64,000 bases of DNA from positions 434,001 through 498,000 of the forward strand of contig JABVCE010000004.1 of NCBI GenBank assembly GCA_014905635.1, read 5' to 3'. Both the position numbers and the translations under genes were made by a program. This DNA comes from Scenedesmus sp. PABB004 (lineage: Eukaryota). Below the pieces are notes generated by a model. The model did not search any database. It was not told the origin of the DNA and saw only the letters and a list, made by a program, of their open reading frames with translations. Shown piece by piece: positions 47,933 through 59,558 of the stretch (its first letter is position 1; every line of letters starts with the position of its first letter).

Positions 47933-49737
47933 ATGGCCAGCTGGCGGCTCATCAGCGAGACGGCGAAGCAGAAATGGGGCATGAGCATGGAGAAGAACTT
48001 CAGGGTGCGGCGGCGGCGGCCGGGGGGCCCCGGGGGCGCGGGTCGGGGCGTCCAGTACAGGGCGGGCCGGTCGCGCGGCCCTCCCGGCCGGCCCCGGCCC
48101 CGCAGCCGGCCGGCGGCCCCCTTCCGGCGGCAGCTTGCCCGCCTTAGGCCTCCACGCGCCCTGGCGCAGGTGACCAGCAACACGAGGAACGAGGCGATGT
48201 TCAGGGAGGCGACGACCTTCGCCGGCTTCCTGCAGATCGTTGAGAAGGAGCTCACGCAGTGGCAGCGCGACATCGACTGTGAGCGGGGGGCCGGGGGGAG
48301 CTGCCGCGCCGGCGCGCGTGGCGGGAGAGCCCGGCCGCCGGCGCGCGCGCGGCGCGGCGCGGCCAGCGCCGCGCGCGCGCGAATGCGCGCGCCGCCCCAC
48401 ACACACCCGCCGCCCCTGCTGCCGCCGCCCCTGCTCTGCCGCCGCCCCCGCAACTGCGCAGCGAGCTTCACCAACATCCGCACCATCATGCTCTCCCCGC
48501 TGCCGCGCGTGTACGAGGAGGGCCACAACGGCGCGGCGGTGCCGAGCGAGCCGGAGCCGACCATGGTCGGCGGCGACGTCGCGGTCGAGCAGCTCGTCTC
48601 GGCGGCGGTGGAGACGCGCAAGCGGCTGGACGTGGAGGTCATCCAGCCCATCAAGCAGTGGATGGTGGCCTACCGCACCATCGCGGTGCGCGCGCCGCGC
48701 GGCGCGGGCCGCGAGGCGCCCGCGGCGCCAGCGCCAGCGCGCGCCAGCGCGCCAGCCGGCGGCGGCGCCCCCCTGAAAGCGCGCGCGCGCGCGCGCGCGC
48801 GCGCCCGCTGCGCAGGAGCGCATGCGCCGCCTGGAGGCGCTGCGCCTGGAGCTGGACTCGCGCCGCCGCACGGTTGCGGACCTGCAGGGCCGCTGCGAGC
48901 GCGTGCGCGCCAACCTCGGCACCACGCGCGCGCGCGGCGAGGTCGACATGGAGCTCACGCTGCGCAAGATGCAGCACAAGGAGGACAAGATGCAGCGCAC
49001 CGCGTCCCAGGCACGCGCGCGCTCCGTCGGCGGCAGCCTCGGCGCGCGTCGCCTTTAACCTGTTCCCCGCCCGCGCCTCGCCGCGCCTCCCCGCTTGCTT
49101 CTCACCTCGCCCCGCCGCCGTGGCGCCGCCGCCGTGGCGCCGCGCAGTTCCAGGAGATGGAGCTCACGGTGTACAACAGCCTCTTCACGCTCATCAAGGA
49201 CACCAGCGTGCTGCGCGACTACGCCGCGGCCGCGCTGCTCATCGTCAACGTGCGCACCGCGCACCGCCGCCGCCGCGCCGCCCGCCCTCCTGCCGGGCTG
49301 ACCAGCTAAACCTGCGCCGCCCGCTCGCCCGGCTTCGCGCCGCGCGGCCGCAGGAGTGCTTCTCCGCGGGCTACGCGTCGTTCAACAGCCTCGAGCAGGC
49401 GCAGTACAGCACGACCGCGGGCGCCGCGGGCGTGGCGGCGGCCTACGGCGGCGGCGGCGAGGCGAACAAGTACGACCCCCGCCTGCCGGGCGGCGAGAAG
49501 GCCGGCGGCGGCAAGGGCGGCGGCCGCACGCCGCGCGGCGGCGCGTACGCCGCGAGCGCCGGCGGCGACGGCGACACCGGCGCGGCGGGGCGCGACTTTG
49601 ACCAGGCCGGCGGCGGCGGCGGCGGCGCCGGCTACGACCCGTACCACCACGACACGCGGCTGGGGTCGCAGGAGATGGACGGCGGCGGCTACGCCGCGGG
49701 CCGCGCCAACTACTGGGCCACCGCCGCTGCGCACTGA
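47933..49737 (+). CDS. Coiled-coil, BAR-domain-like hypothetical protein, 6 exons
   Basis: Clean spliced ORF MASWRLISETAKQKWGM... with long helical segments LDVEVIQPIKQWMVAYRTIAERMRRLEALRLELDSRRR, reminiscent of BAR helix 2. Confidence 0.65.
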
Positions 49738-50027
49738 GCCGGCGCGGCGCGGCGCAGTGTGAGCGCGGCGGCCGGCGCAGTGGCGCAGGCTCTTGACGGC
49801 GCGTGCGCGCGCGCATGACGGCGACCATGAACCAGCTGCAGCGAGGCGCGCGCAGCACCTCGGACGCGGTAGGGAGCTCCTCGTAGGCCTAACTCTGACG
49901 ATTGATTGAGCCGCTGCCGTGCTAGATAGGCGGGCCGGGACGGGGCTGGGGCGCGGGGAAGGGCTGGGCGCGCGACGGGCGTGTGTGCTGTGTGCGAGCG
50001 GCGCGAGCGCGCTGGCAACCTGACGGT

Positions 50028-50032
50028 TGTAA
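50028..50032 (+). terminator. TGTAA poly(A) signal of the BAR-like gene
   Basis: TGTAA about 290 nt after the stop codon. Confidence 0.5.
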
Positions 50033-50178
50033 CCGAAACCTTGGTCACTCCATGCTCTGGAGCACGCGTATCGCCGTGCCAGACCAGCTCCTGTGCAGAC
50101 GTGCGTCGCTCGCCACTTGCGGGCCGGCTGGTTGCAGCCTGTGCTGATGCAGTCCCCCCCCCTGCTCACAGGTCATGT

Positions 50179-52012
50179 TCACAGCTCCTGCTTGCCCGCG
50201 GCGTGCGTCAGGAAGATCAGGCCCAGCGCGTGCACGCCCCCCTCGCTGACCCACGCCGCGACGCCCACGGGCAGGCCGACGCCCAGCGCCGCGCCCGACA
50301 GCGCGAGGCGCGCGGCGCCGGGCGGCTCGGGCGCGCCGCCGACCGCCCAGGCGGCGCGGCGGCTAGTGAAGAGGCTGAACCCGCCCAGCAGCGGCGTGAG
50401 CGCGGCGCCGTCCATCGCGGCGGTGCTGCTCCACAGGTTGAGCGCGACGACGAGCTCGCCAGCGCCCAGGCGGAACGCGGCGCTCGGCGGCGACGCCAGC
50501 ACGTGGCTGGCGTTGCCGAGCACCTGCGAGGCGGGGGCGTGGAGCGGCCAGCGGCGGCGCGTCATGCGTGGTGGGTCGGCTACAGCCGCCGACACTGCAG
50601 CTGGGCGCCGGCGCGGCGCGCACCGTCGTTGGCGCGTCGCCGTCCGAGGTGAAGGTGAGGCGCAGCGCGAGCAGCGGCCCGCCGGACGGGTCCGGCCCGG
50701 GCGCTGCCGCCCCTGCCGCCGCCGGCCTCTCCCACCAGGCCTCGACGCCGCGGAGCACGCCGCCCTGGCGCAGGCTGCTGCGCACCTCGAGGCGGGCGCC
50801 GCCGCAGCCGCCGTGCATGCTGAGCGTGAGGGGGCAGCCCGCCGCGCCGCCGCCAGGGGCGCCAAAGCCCTCGCGCTCGCACGCGGCGGCCAGCGCGGCG
50901 CTGCTGCGTTGCGCCAGGCTGCACGCTGCGCGTCGCGGGCAGCGGCACGGCGGCGCGGTGAGGATGGGGCCTCGCGCGGCTGGCGAGCCGGCGCTGGCGC
51001 CGCAGCGCTGCCGCCGCCGCAGGCGCCGCGGCGGCGCACCGTCTGGCGGGGGGACCGGGCAGAGCACCTCGGCGACGCGCGAGCACGGCATGGCCGGCAT
51101 GTGGCAGGCCCCGCCGCAGTCTACCAGCCACGGCGGGCACACCTGCGGCGCGGGCGCCGGCCGCGGGTGCGCGCGGAGCTTGCAGGACGGCGCCCGTGCT
51201 CGCAGGACGGCCGCCGCGCTCGAGGCCCTCGCTCCGCCGCACACCTGCACGCAGCGCGCGCCAATACCAGGCTGGAAGGGGCTGCTGTTGGTGAAGCCGG
51301 GCGCGCACGGCGGCTGCGCGGCCTCGTCCTCCGCATCTGCGCAGCGCCAGCCGCCGTCGTAGCCCTTGACCAGCGTGCCGCCGCACGGCGGAGCGCCCGG
51401 CTGCGCCCGGCCTTGGACCGCCTGATAAGACTGCTTGGCGCAGGCGCCTGGCCGGCAGGCGCGGGCGGGCGGTGGGCGGGCGGTGGGGGTGAGCTGCTGC
51501 GACGCGGGTGCCGTGGCGGCGCGCACGACATTGCGGCGCGGCCGCGCAGCGCCGCGCCGCGCACCCAGCACGCCGTCGGGCGCAGGGCAGGCGAAGCGGA
51601 CCTCGTCCGCCGCCGACGGGCACAGGGCGCCGCCGCGCACGCAGGTGCGGCTCGGGGCGCAGAGCTGGGGCGGGCCCATGCCCGCGCGCGGGCACTGCTG
51701 CACGCAGAGCGCGCCGGCGAGCTGCGCAAAGCCGGGCGCGCACGGCGCGGGGCACGCGCTCGAGCCGTTGCAGCGCACGGCGGCGTCGGTGAAGCTCGGC
51801 GGCGCGGCGTCGTAGAACCCGAGCCGGCAGGCGCCCCGGGGCGGCACTGGCTGCAGGTCCTCGATGCCGCCGCCGCCGCCGAGCGCGCGCCAGCGCCGCC
51901 AGCCCGCGCTGCCGGCAGCGCCGGCGCTGGCGTCCTCAACGCGCCCTCCCAGGGACGGCGGGGGGCCGCAGGCGAGCCAGGCGAGCACCAGCGCGACCCC
52001 GTGCTTGCGCAT
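50179..52012 (-). CDS. Secreted Cys-rich protein with a C-terminal jacalin-like lectin domain, 5 exons
   Basis: Signal peptide MRKHGVALVLAWLA and two C-x-PGF...C-V-Q-x-CP modules. C-terminal LLALRLTF...FRLGAGELVVALNLWS...LGGFSLFTS...GVGLPVGV...VHALGLIF fits a jacalin beta-prism pattern. Confidence 0.62.
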
Positions 52013-52259
52013 CGTGCAGCGCGGCGGCGCGGCGCGCGTGACCAATTCGGGGCGGCGCGTGCTCGCCGCGCCCGCTGCGGTGGGCGGTGCTGGGCGGGCG
52101 GGCTGGCCGCGCGTCTCTCTCTGTGGACGCCGCCGCGCGGCGCGCCCAATCGAACGGCGTCGCGTCCGCCGAACCGCGGGTCGCACGACGGCGGCGCCCT
52201 GATCTGTGGCACGCGTTGGTCGCCCCAACCTCGCACCGCCCCACCGCCGACCAGCAGCC

Positions 52260-52604
52260 ATGCTCGCCCGCCTCGCGCCCGCGCGGACGCGCGTCGCCGC
52301 CGCCGCCGCCGCCCGCGCCGCGAGCGGCGCCGCTCGCGGCCAGGCCGGCCTGGCGGGCAAACTGAGCTCCGAGGCGATCGGCCTGGACGAGCGCGCGATC
52401 GACGCCATGCCCGACGCGGTCGTAGCGGCAGGCGCGGTTCGCACGCCGGGGCCGCCGCCCGCCCCGCCGTGCGACGAGGCCACCGGCGGCGACGAGGCGG
52501 CGCGCAGCGACAACGGCGAGGGCCCAGCGGCGACGACGGTGGCGCCTGAAGAGCCCGGCGGCGCGGCCGACGACCCGCAGCGCCGGCCGTTCTGGGCCAG
52601 CTGA
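52260..52604 (+). CDS. Small hypothetical protein (114 aa) with an Arg/Ala-rich organellar-presequence-like N-terminus
   Basis: ATG in gccATG context. MLARLAPARTRVAAA... is followed by an acidic region. Divergent from the lectin gene. Confidence 0.45.
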   Translation: MLARLAPARTRVAAAAAARAASGAARGQAGLAGKLSSEAIGLDERAIDAMPDAVVAAGAVRTPGPPPAPPCDEATGGDEAARSDNGEGPAATTVAPEEPGGAADDPQRRPFWAS

Positions 52605-52634
52605 CCGCGCGGCGCCCAGCTGACCGCGCGGCGG
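52597..52634. repeat. 19-bp tandem duplication spanning the stop codon of the small ORF
   Basis: ccagctgaccgcgcggcg(c/g) twice. Confidence 0.85.
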
Positions 52635-52855
52635 CCCGAGGCTGCGCGCGCACTCGGCGAGCAGGCGCGCGGGGCTGCCTGCGCCGCCGTGTCACACAGA
52701 GTAACTCCGCACACTCGCCGCCCACAAATAGCAACAAGTGCCGCCGACGCACGCGCGGGCGTTCCGTTCGGCCGGCGCACAACGCAACAGTGCTGGCAAC
52801 GCTCCCGCCCCGCCCAGCGCCCCAGCCGCCCCAGGCGCCCGCCGCGGCCCGCGCG

Positions 52856-54965
52856 TCAGTCCTCCTTGGCCGCCGCGCCGCCGCCCGCGGCCGCGCCCGC
52901 GGCGACCTCGGCCGCCGCCGCGGCGGCGTGCTCGGCCGCGCCGCTCGGCGCGCCCGGCGCGGGCAGGCGGTCGCTCTCGGCCTTGATCACCGCAACGGCG
53001 CAGGCCGCGTTGTGGACGGCGTAGTCGCTCACGCTGCCGAGGCCGACAAAGCCCATCAGCGAGCTGCGCCGGCGCGGCGGCGGGCGGGCCGGCGGGCGGT
53101 TCGGCGGCCGGGTCGGCGGGCCGGCGGCCGCCGCGGCAGGGCCGCGCGCTGGCGCCGCGCGCCGCACCGCTTGAAGCTGCCCATGCCGCGGCTGCCGAGG
53201 CACACCAGGTCGGCCTGCGCCGCGGCGGCGGCGGCGGCGGCGGCGTGGGCGCGGGCGGTGCTGGCGCCGAGCGGCGCCGTGCACCCCTGCCCCCCTCTCT
53301 GCCGCCCTGCGCGCGCAGCACTCACCTTGTGGTCTGCGGCGTACTTGCAGACCGACGCGCCCACGTCGCTCGCGCCGCCCTCCGGCAGCAGCGCGGCGCT
53401 GACCGCGCTCACGCGCTCGTGCCCCGCCGCCGACGCGGACGCCGCGACCGCGACGGCCGCCTTGGCTGCGAGCGCCTGCGCATACTCGACGCTCGCCTCG
53501 GCGCTCGCGCGCCACTGCTGCGCCTCCAGCGCCGCGACGGCGGCGGACGTCTCGTCCAGGATCTGCGCGCCGGCGGGCGCGGGGCGGACGCGGACGCGTC
53601 GGCACCGCGGCGAGCCCCGGCGCTGCGGCCGGCGGCGGGGCGGGGCGGGGGCACGGCGGGGCGCGGGGCGCACCGGGTAGGGCACGGGCAGCGCGACGAC
53701 GACCACGTGCACCTCGTCGCCGCTGCGCAGCACGTGCTGCTGCACCCAGGCGAGCGCGTACTGGCTGTGCACGCTGTCGTCCAGCGCCAGCACCACGCGC
53801 CGCGACGGGCCGCCCTGCGCGCGGCGCGAGGTCGGGTCGAGGCGCGCACGCGGGGCTGGCGGGCGGGCGGGCACGCGGCGGCGGCGCGGCGCGGCCGCGC
53901 CGCTGAGCCGCACCTCCTCGGCCGCGGCCGGCGTCGTGCCGTCACCGTGCACGACGAGCACGGGGACGTGGAGCTGATGGATGACATAGTCGCTCACGCT
54001 GCCCAGGCCCACAAAGCTCATCAGCGAGCTGCGCAGCGCGGTGCCCGCGGCGCCGCGGCGTGGGCGCGCGCCCGCGTCTGCCGCCCGCGCTGCCGCCTGT
54101 TGCCCGCGCCGCGCCGCCGCGCCGCGGCCCGCCCGCGCCGCCGCGGCCGCGCCGCGCCGCGCCGCCGCCGCACCGCTGGATGCTGCCGAGGCCGCGGCTG
54201 CCAATGACGACGACGTCGACGCCCTTGGCCTTGGCAAACTCGACGATCGAGTCGCCCACGCCTGCGCGCACGCGGCGGCGGCGGGGGTGGGCGGGCGGGC
54301 GCTGCGGCAGGGCGAGCAAAGGGGCGTGGAGAGCGTGCGCGGCGCGGCGCGGGCCGCACCCGACGCGCCGCCCGCCGCCGGCAGCGCGTGCGCGTGCAGG
54401 CACGACTTGGTGACCTGCGCCGGCGGCGGGTCGGGTCAGGCGGGGCGGCGCGCAGCGGGCGCTGCGGCGGGCGCCGTGCCCCGCGCCGCGCCCCGCGCCG
54501 CGCCCCTCGCCGCGCGCACGCACCCCCGCGTCGAGCGCCTCCGCGACCGCGGCGCGCAGGATCTCGGTCGCGTGCGCCTCGTCGGCGACCTTCTGCGCCT
54601 CCCACTGGTGCGTGACCGCCGCGACCGCCGCCGCGGTGGCCACGGGGGCGACCGGGTACACATTCATCGCCACCGGCGGCAGCACTGCGCGGGGCGCGAG
54701 GCCGCAGCAGCGCAGGGGCGGAGTTGCGGCGGAGTTGCGGCCCCGGGGCCGCGCGACGGGGCGGCGCCCGGCCGCTGACGGCAAGCGCCTGGCCGCCGCC
54801 TGGCTGGCGGCCGCAGCGGGCACACGTGCGCGGCGCCGGTGCGGCCGCAGGCGCACCGGTGACGACGTCGAGCGAGACGCCCTCGCGCCAGAGCTGCCGC
54901 GCCGACCACAGGAGCGCGTCGGTGCCGTGCTTGCTGCCATCCACCGCGACCAGGACCTTGGCCAT
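52856..54965 (-). CDS. Universal stress protein with two tandem USP domains, 9 coding exons
   Basis: Domain 1: KVLVAVDGS...DVVVIGSRGLGSIQRSLMSFVGLGSVSDYVIHQLHVPVLVV. Domain 2: RVVLALDDS...DLVCLGSRGMGSFKRSLMGFVGLGSVSDYAVHNAACAVAVIK. Confidence 0.93.
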
Positions 54966-56312
54966 GGCGCACGGGGAGCGAGGATCTGCGGCACCGGCGG
55001 CGCTGCGTGTGCGGCGCGGCCGCTGCTGCCGCCAGCTCGCGCGCCGCCGCCGCCGCCCGCCGCGCTGCTGCCGCCAGCCCCACGGCTCGGCCATCACCTG
55101 CAGCCGCTCCTTCCGGTCTCGGGGCGCGATGCGGTGGCGCCCTCGCGCTGCGGCGCGGCCTGCTGCTCGTTGCCCGGCTCTCGGGACGCGGATGCTGCGT
55201 GCTTGAGCGAGACGGCGTTGTCAGCGTGCTCACGAGCCTCTCGATCACGTGCCGGGCAGCGCTCCGACACGCCACGACGCGCAGGGCAGTCGTGCGGGCT
55301 GGCAGATTGGTCGTCACTTTTGCTGCCACAGCGCGCCGCCCGCTGCGTCCCCGAGCACTCCCGCGCCGCGCGGGTGGTCGGAGCCCGCCTCGCAGAGCGC
55401 CTGTGGCCTTTTCAGACGTCGCCGCCCGCCCTGCTCGCATCTGCACCGGTGCGTCGCCGCCCCGCCCCTGGGCGGCCTGCCGCGCCGCGCACGCGGCCGC
55501 CCCGGGGCCCCCCGAGGCGGGGGCCGACGCCGGGCGGGCCGCGGCAGCGCGGCGCGGCCCGGCCTGCCCGCAGCGGCGGCTGCTGCCGGCGGCGGCGGCT
55601 GCTGCCGCTGGCGGCCGCGTGGCGGCCGGCTGGCAGTCCCCTGGCAGTCGGTCGCCAGCTGCGCCAGCTGCGCCGGCCAGCGGACCACCCACCCACACAT
55701 CCAGCCTCTGGCCCGCCCTGCGCGGTGGCGGCCAGAGTCCTATTCTTTCGTGTGGCAGAGCGATCGGGTGCAGCCTATTCCCGCCGCGGCCCCGCCAGTG
55801 CCGTGCGCGGGAAGATCAGCCCGCACAGCTGTGTGCTCGCGGCACGCTGCGGCGACGGCCGTCGGCGCGCGCCGCGCCACACGCGCACACGCCGCCGCGC
55901 TCACGCCTCCTCCCGCCCGCCGCCGCCGCCGCCGCCGCACAGGTGCGCAGCCGTCCGGAGCCTGGAGCTGCTGCTCGGGGCGTCCGCGCCTGCACTGCCA
56001 ACCCAAGCGCGCCGCGCGCTGCCCGCCGCGCATGCCGCGCGCGCCGCACCCACCGCACACCACCCCCAGCACTACTAGCAGTGCTTCCATCCCCGGGGCC
56101 CCACGGTTGGCACCGCGGGCCATACGGCTGCGAGAGCGAGAGCAGCCGCCCGCGGCGGGCCGGCGCCAGCCGGCCGCAGCGGCCCGGGGCGCGCCCGCCG
56201 CCCCGGGCCCGCCGCGGGCGCTGCGACAAACCGCGCACTTGCTGCTGCCACTCCCTCCGGTGCGCGCCTGTCCAGTGCCCCTCACCTAGCTAGCTAAGTC
56301 CCTTTAGCAGAG

Positions 56313-56593
56313 GCGCAGCGGGCGTCGAGCAGCGAGCAGCGCCGCCGCCCCTCCCGCCCCAGGTGCGCCGCGCACGGGCGCGCGGGTCGTCTCACAATCA
56401 GTCACAGCTTACTGGCCGAGCGGCCCAGGGCGCTGCCGGGCCGTCAGCGGCTCGCGGCGCGCGGGGAGCGCGGGCGATCGATGCCGGGAGCAGCCGTGGC
56501 TCATGGCGCGGAGTGTGGCCCCCGCGCGCCGCGTGCAGGGTCGCGACAGCAGGCTGCAGCTCCACGCAGTGCACAGGCGCAGAAGCAGCATGC
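56313..56593 (+). repeat. Direct repeat copy 1 (promoter/5'UTR of the EF-hand gene)
   Basis: About 95% identical (manual alignment) to 57788-58071. Confidence 0.95.
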
Positions 56594-56645
56594 ACAGCGG
56601 CCGGCAACCACGCCAACTGCCGCGCTGCGCGCCGCCACCCGCAGC

Positions 56646-57579
56646 ATGGGCATCAAGGACAGTCGCATGTTCAGGCGCTTCGCGCGGCGGGCGTTTGACG
56701 AGATCGACATGGACAAGAGGGGCTCCCTCGACTACAAGGAGGTGCGCGCGCGCGGCCGGGGCCGCCGCCGCGCGGAGCTGGCCGACCAGCGCTGCGGCCG
56801 ACGCGCGGCCCCGGCGCTTTGGGCAGGTTGTGATCGGCATCCTGAAGATCTACGACTCCCTCAACGCCAAGTTCCCCGCGCACGTGCTCGCGCCCAAGCG
56901 GTGCGCCGCGGCGGCCGCGCCGCGCGCTCGCCAGCGCCGGCGCCCGCGCCCCGCCCGCCCGCCCCACGCCCGTCACCGCGCGCGAGCGGGCATCATGCTA
57001 GGCGCGCCCACGCCCCCCCCCCCTCGCTGGCGCCGCGCGCAGCGTCGAGATCGTGGCCCTCTGCCGCAAGTACGACGCCGACGAGAGCGGTGCGCCGCGG
57101 CGCGCGGGCGGGCGGGGGCGCGTGCGGCTGCCGCGCGCGGGGGACCTGCGGCGGGCCGAGCGCGGGGGACCGGCGGCGGGCTGAGCGTGGCGGGCTGAGC
57201 GCGGGGGACCTGCGGCTGGCACACACACACACGCAGGCACGCTGGAGTTTGACGAGTTCCTTGAGCTGTCAAAGGTGCTGGTTGGCAGCCGCAGCAACTT
57301 CCGGGAGAGCCTGGTGTGGAAGTACGGCTCGGGTGCGGCGCGGGCGAGGGCTGATCCGACCTGCGCGCCGCGCGCCTGCAAGCTCGCGCGCCGCCGCCGC
57401 TGACAACCGCCGCCGGGGCAGTGCTGGTGCTCAAGGTCGTCATCTGCCCGCTGGCCGCCATGTGGCTGCTGCGCGGCCTCGCGAGCTTGAACACGCCGTA
57501 CGCCGACCGAGCGTTCGTCGCCGCGCCGGTGGCGTCGCTCATAGAGATGGCCATCAAGTTCGCCGTCAAGACGGACTGA
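56646..57579 (+). CDS. Two-EF-hand calcium-binding protein with a hydrophobic C-terminus, 5 exons
   Basis: EF loops DMDKRGSLDYKE and DADESGTLEFDE. All four introns are GT-AG. Confidence 0.85.
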
Positions 57580-57787
57580 GGGCTGGTGGTGGCGCGGGTG
57601 GGACTGCGCGGTTGGGGGCAATTAAGGCGCGCGCGCCGGGCGCGCGCCTCTGGCAGCTTCTTCTTCGTTGCGCGCCCCCCGCAGTGCCACTGACCTGCTG
57701 ACCGCCCGACCGCGCACACCGTCACAAGTAGCGTCGCAGCACCCGCGTCGTGAGCCGCTCCCGCCCAGCCCCAGGCTCGTCCGCAGC

Positions 57788-58071
57788 GCGCAGCGGGCGT
57801 CTAGCAGCAGCGGGCAGCGCCGCCGCCCCTCCCGCCCCAGGTGCGCCGTGCACGGGCGCGCGGGTCGTCTCACACACAGTCACAGCTTACTGGCCGAGCG
57901 GCCCAGGGCGCTGCCGGGCCGTCAGCGGCTCGCGGCGCGCGGGGAGCGCGGGCGATCGATGCCGGGAGCAGCCGTGGCCCCTGGCGCGGAGTGTGGCCCC
58001 CGCGCGCCGCGTGCAGGGTCGCGAACGCAGGCTGCAGCTCCAAGCAATGCACAGGCGCAGAGGCAGCATGC
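57788..58071 (+). repeat. Direct repeat copy 2 (promoter/5'UTR of AHA1)
   Basis: About 95% identical to 56313-56593. Confidence 0.95.
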
Positions 58072-58154
58072 GGTGGCGGCGGCGCGCCGAGCGCGGCGGC
58101 CGAGCGCGGCGGCCGCGCCGCTGCTCTGCGCCGCCGCCCGCAGCGGCCGTCGCG

Positions 58155-59558
58155 ATGGCCAAGTTTGGGGAGGGCGACCCTCGCTGGCTGGTGGAGAAGC
58201 GGGAGGACGGCACCAACGTCAACTCCTGGCACTGGAGCGAGAAGGATGTCATGGAGTGGAGCCGGGGCCGCCTGGGCCAGCTGTTCGGCGGCATGGTGCT
58301 GCTGCCGGCGGGCGGCGCCGGCCCGAGCGCGACGGTGACGGGCCTGCGCTCGCTCGAGGGCGACGCGGTGCTCAACATGCGCAAGGGCAAGCTCATCGCG
58401 AGCTACGAGCTCGCGGTCAAGCTGGACTGGGCCGGCACGGCCGCCGACGGCGCGGCGGCGTCGGGAGTGCTCGAGCTGCCGTGCGTCGCGGGGCGCGGCG
58501 TGCGCGTCCGGCCGCGCCCGGCAGCCGCGGCGCCGCCGCCGCGCAGCTCAGCCCGCGCTGCGCTGCGCCGCCGCTGCGCTGCTGCTACAGGTACGTGGCG
58601 GACGAAAACCACGACGAGGCGCCCGAGCTGCGCGTGGTGCTGCCGGTCGACAGCGCCGCGGGGCAGGCGGTCAAGGCGGCCATCCTCGCGGGCGGCAAGC
58701 AGGCGCGCGGCGCGGCGCGGCTCGCGGCGCGCGCTCGCAGTGGCGCGGCGCAGCCAGCGTCCGGCGGCCGGCGCGGCGCGCCGACGCCTCGCCCCCGCGC
58801 CGCCGCCGCCGCAGCCGGTGCTGGGCGCGATCGCCACGTACGTGAGAGAGCTGCGCGAGGGCGTGCCCGGCAAGCCCGGCACCGCCGGCGCGGCGGCGGC
58901 GCCCGGCGGCGGCGCGGCGGCCAACGGCGGCGCCGCGCCCGCGGCGACGCCCGCGGCGGCGGCGCCGGCGGCGGCGCCGGCGCGGCCGAGCGGCGCCGCG
59001 CCCGCCGGCCGCAGCAAGCGGTCGGTGGAGCTGACCGAGCGCTTCTACTGCCGCAAGGAGGATGTTTACAGCTGCTTTGTCGACGCGGGCCGCATCCAGG
59101 CGTTCACGCAGAGCCCCGCCGTCGTCGACGCCGTGCCGGGCGGCAAGTTCAGCCTCTTTGGCGGCTCCATCACGGGCACCTACGAGGAGCTCGCGCCGGG
59201 GCAGCGCCTCGTCATGGCATGGCGCTTCAGCAGCTGGGAGGACGGCTGCGAGAGCAAGGCGCGGCGCGCCGCGGGGCCGCCGCCGCGCGCGCCCTGAGGC
59301 GGCGGCCGCCGCCGCCCGGCCCGCCGCGCCGCGCCGCGCCGCGCCGCGCCCGACCCGGCGCGCCCCCCGCCGCCGGTGCCGTCGCAGGTGGAGCTGTTGT
59401 TTGAGGAGCCGGAGCCGGGCAACACCGTGGTGCGGCTGAAGCACACCGGCCTGCCGGAGCACGACCGCTTCGGGCACGCCGTGACGGAGCAGGTGGAGGC
59501 GGGCTGGCGCGGCCAGATCTTCAGCCGCCTGCGCGCCGTGTTCGGATACGGCGTGTGA
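58155..59558 (+). CDS. AHA1: Activator of Hsp90 ATPase (Aha1_N + AHSA1 domains), 4 exons
   Basis: MAKFGEGDPRWLVEKREDGTNVNSWHWSEKD, LNMRKGKLIASYEL, GGKFSLFGGSITG, WRFSSWEDG, GWRGQIFSRLRAVFGYG. Confidence 0.96.

Noticed and set aside
56313..58071. LTR retrotransposon or TRIM
   Set aside because: No TG...CA termini, primer-binding site, polypurine tract or TSD, and the interior is an intron-containing host gene.
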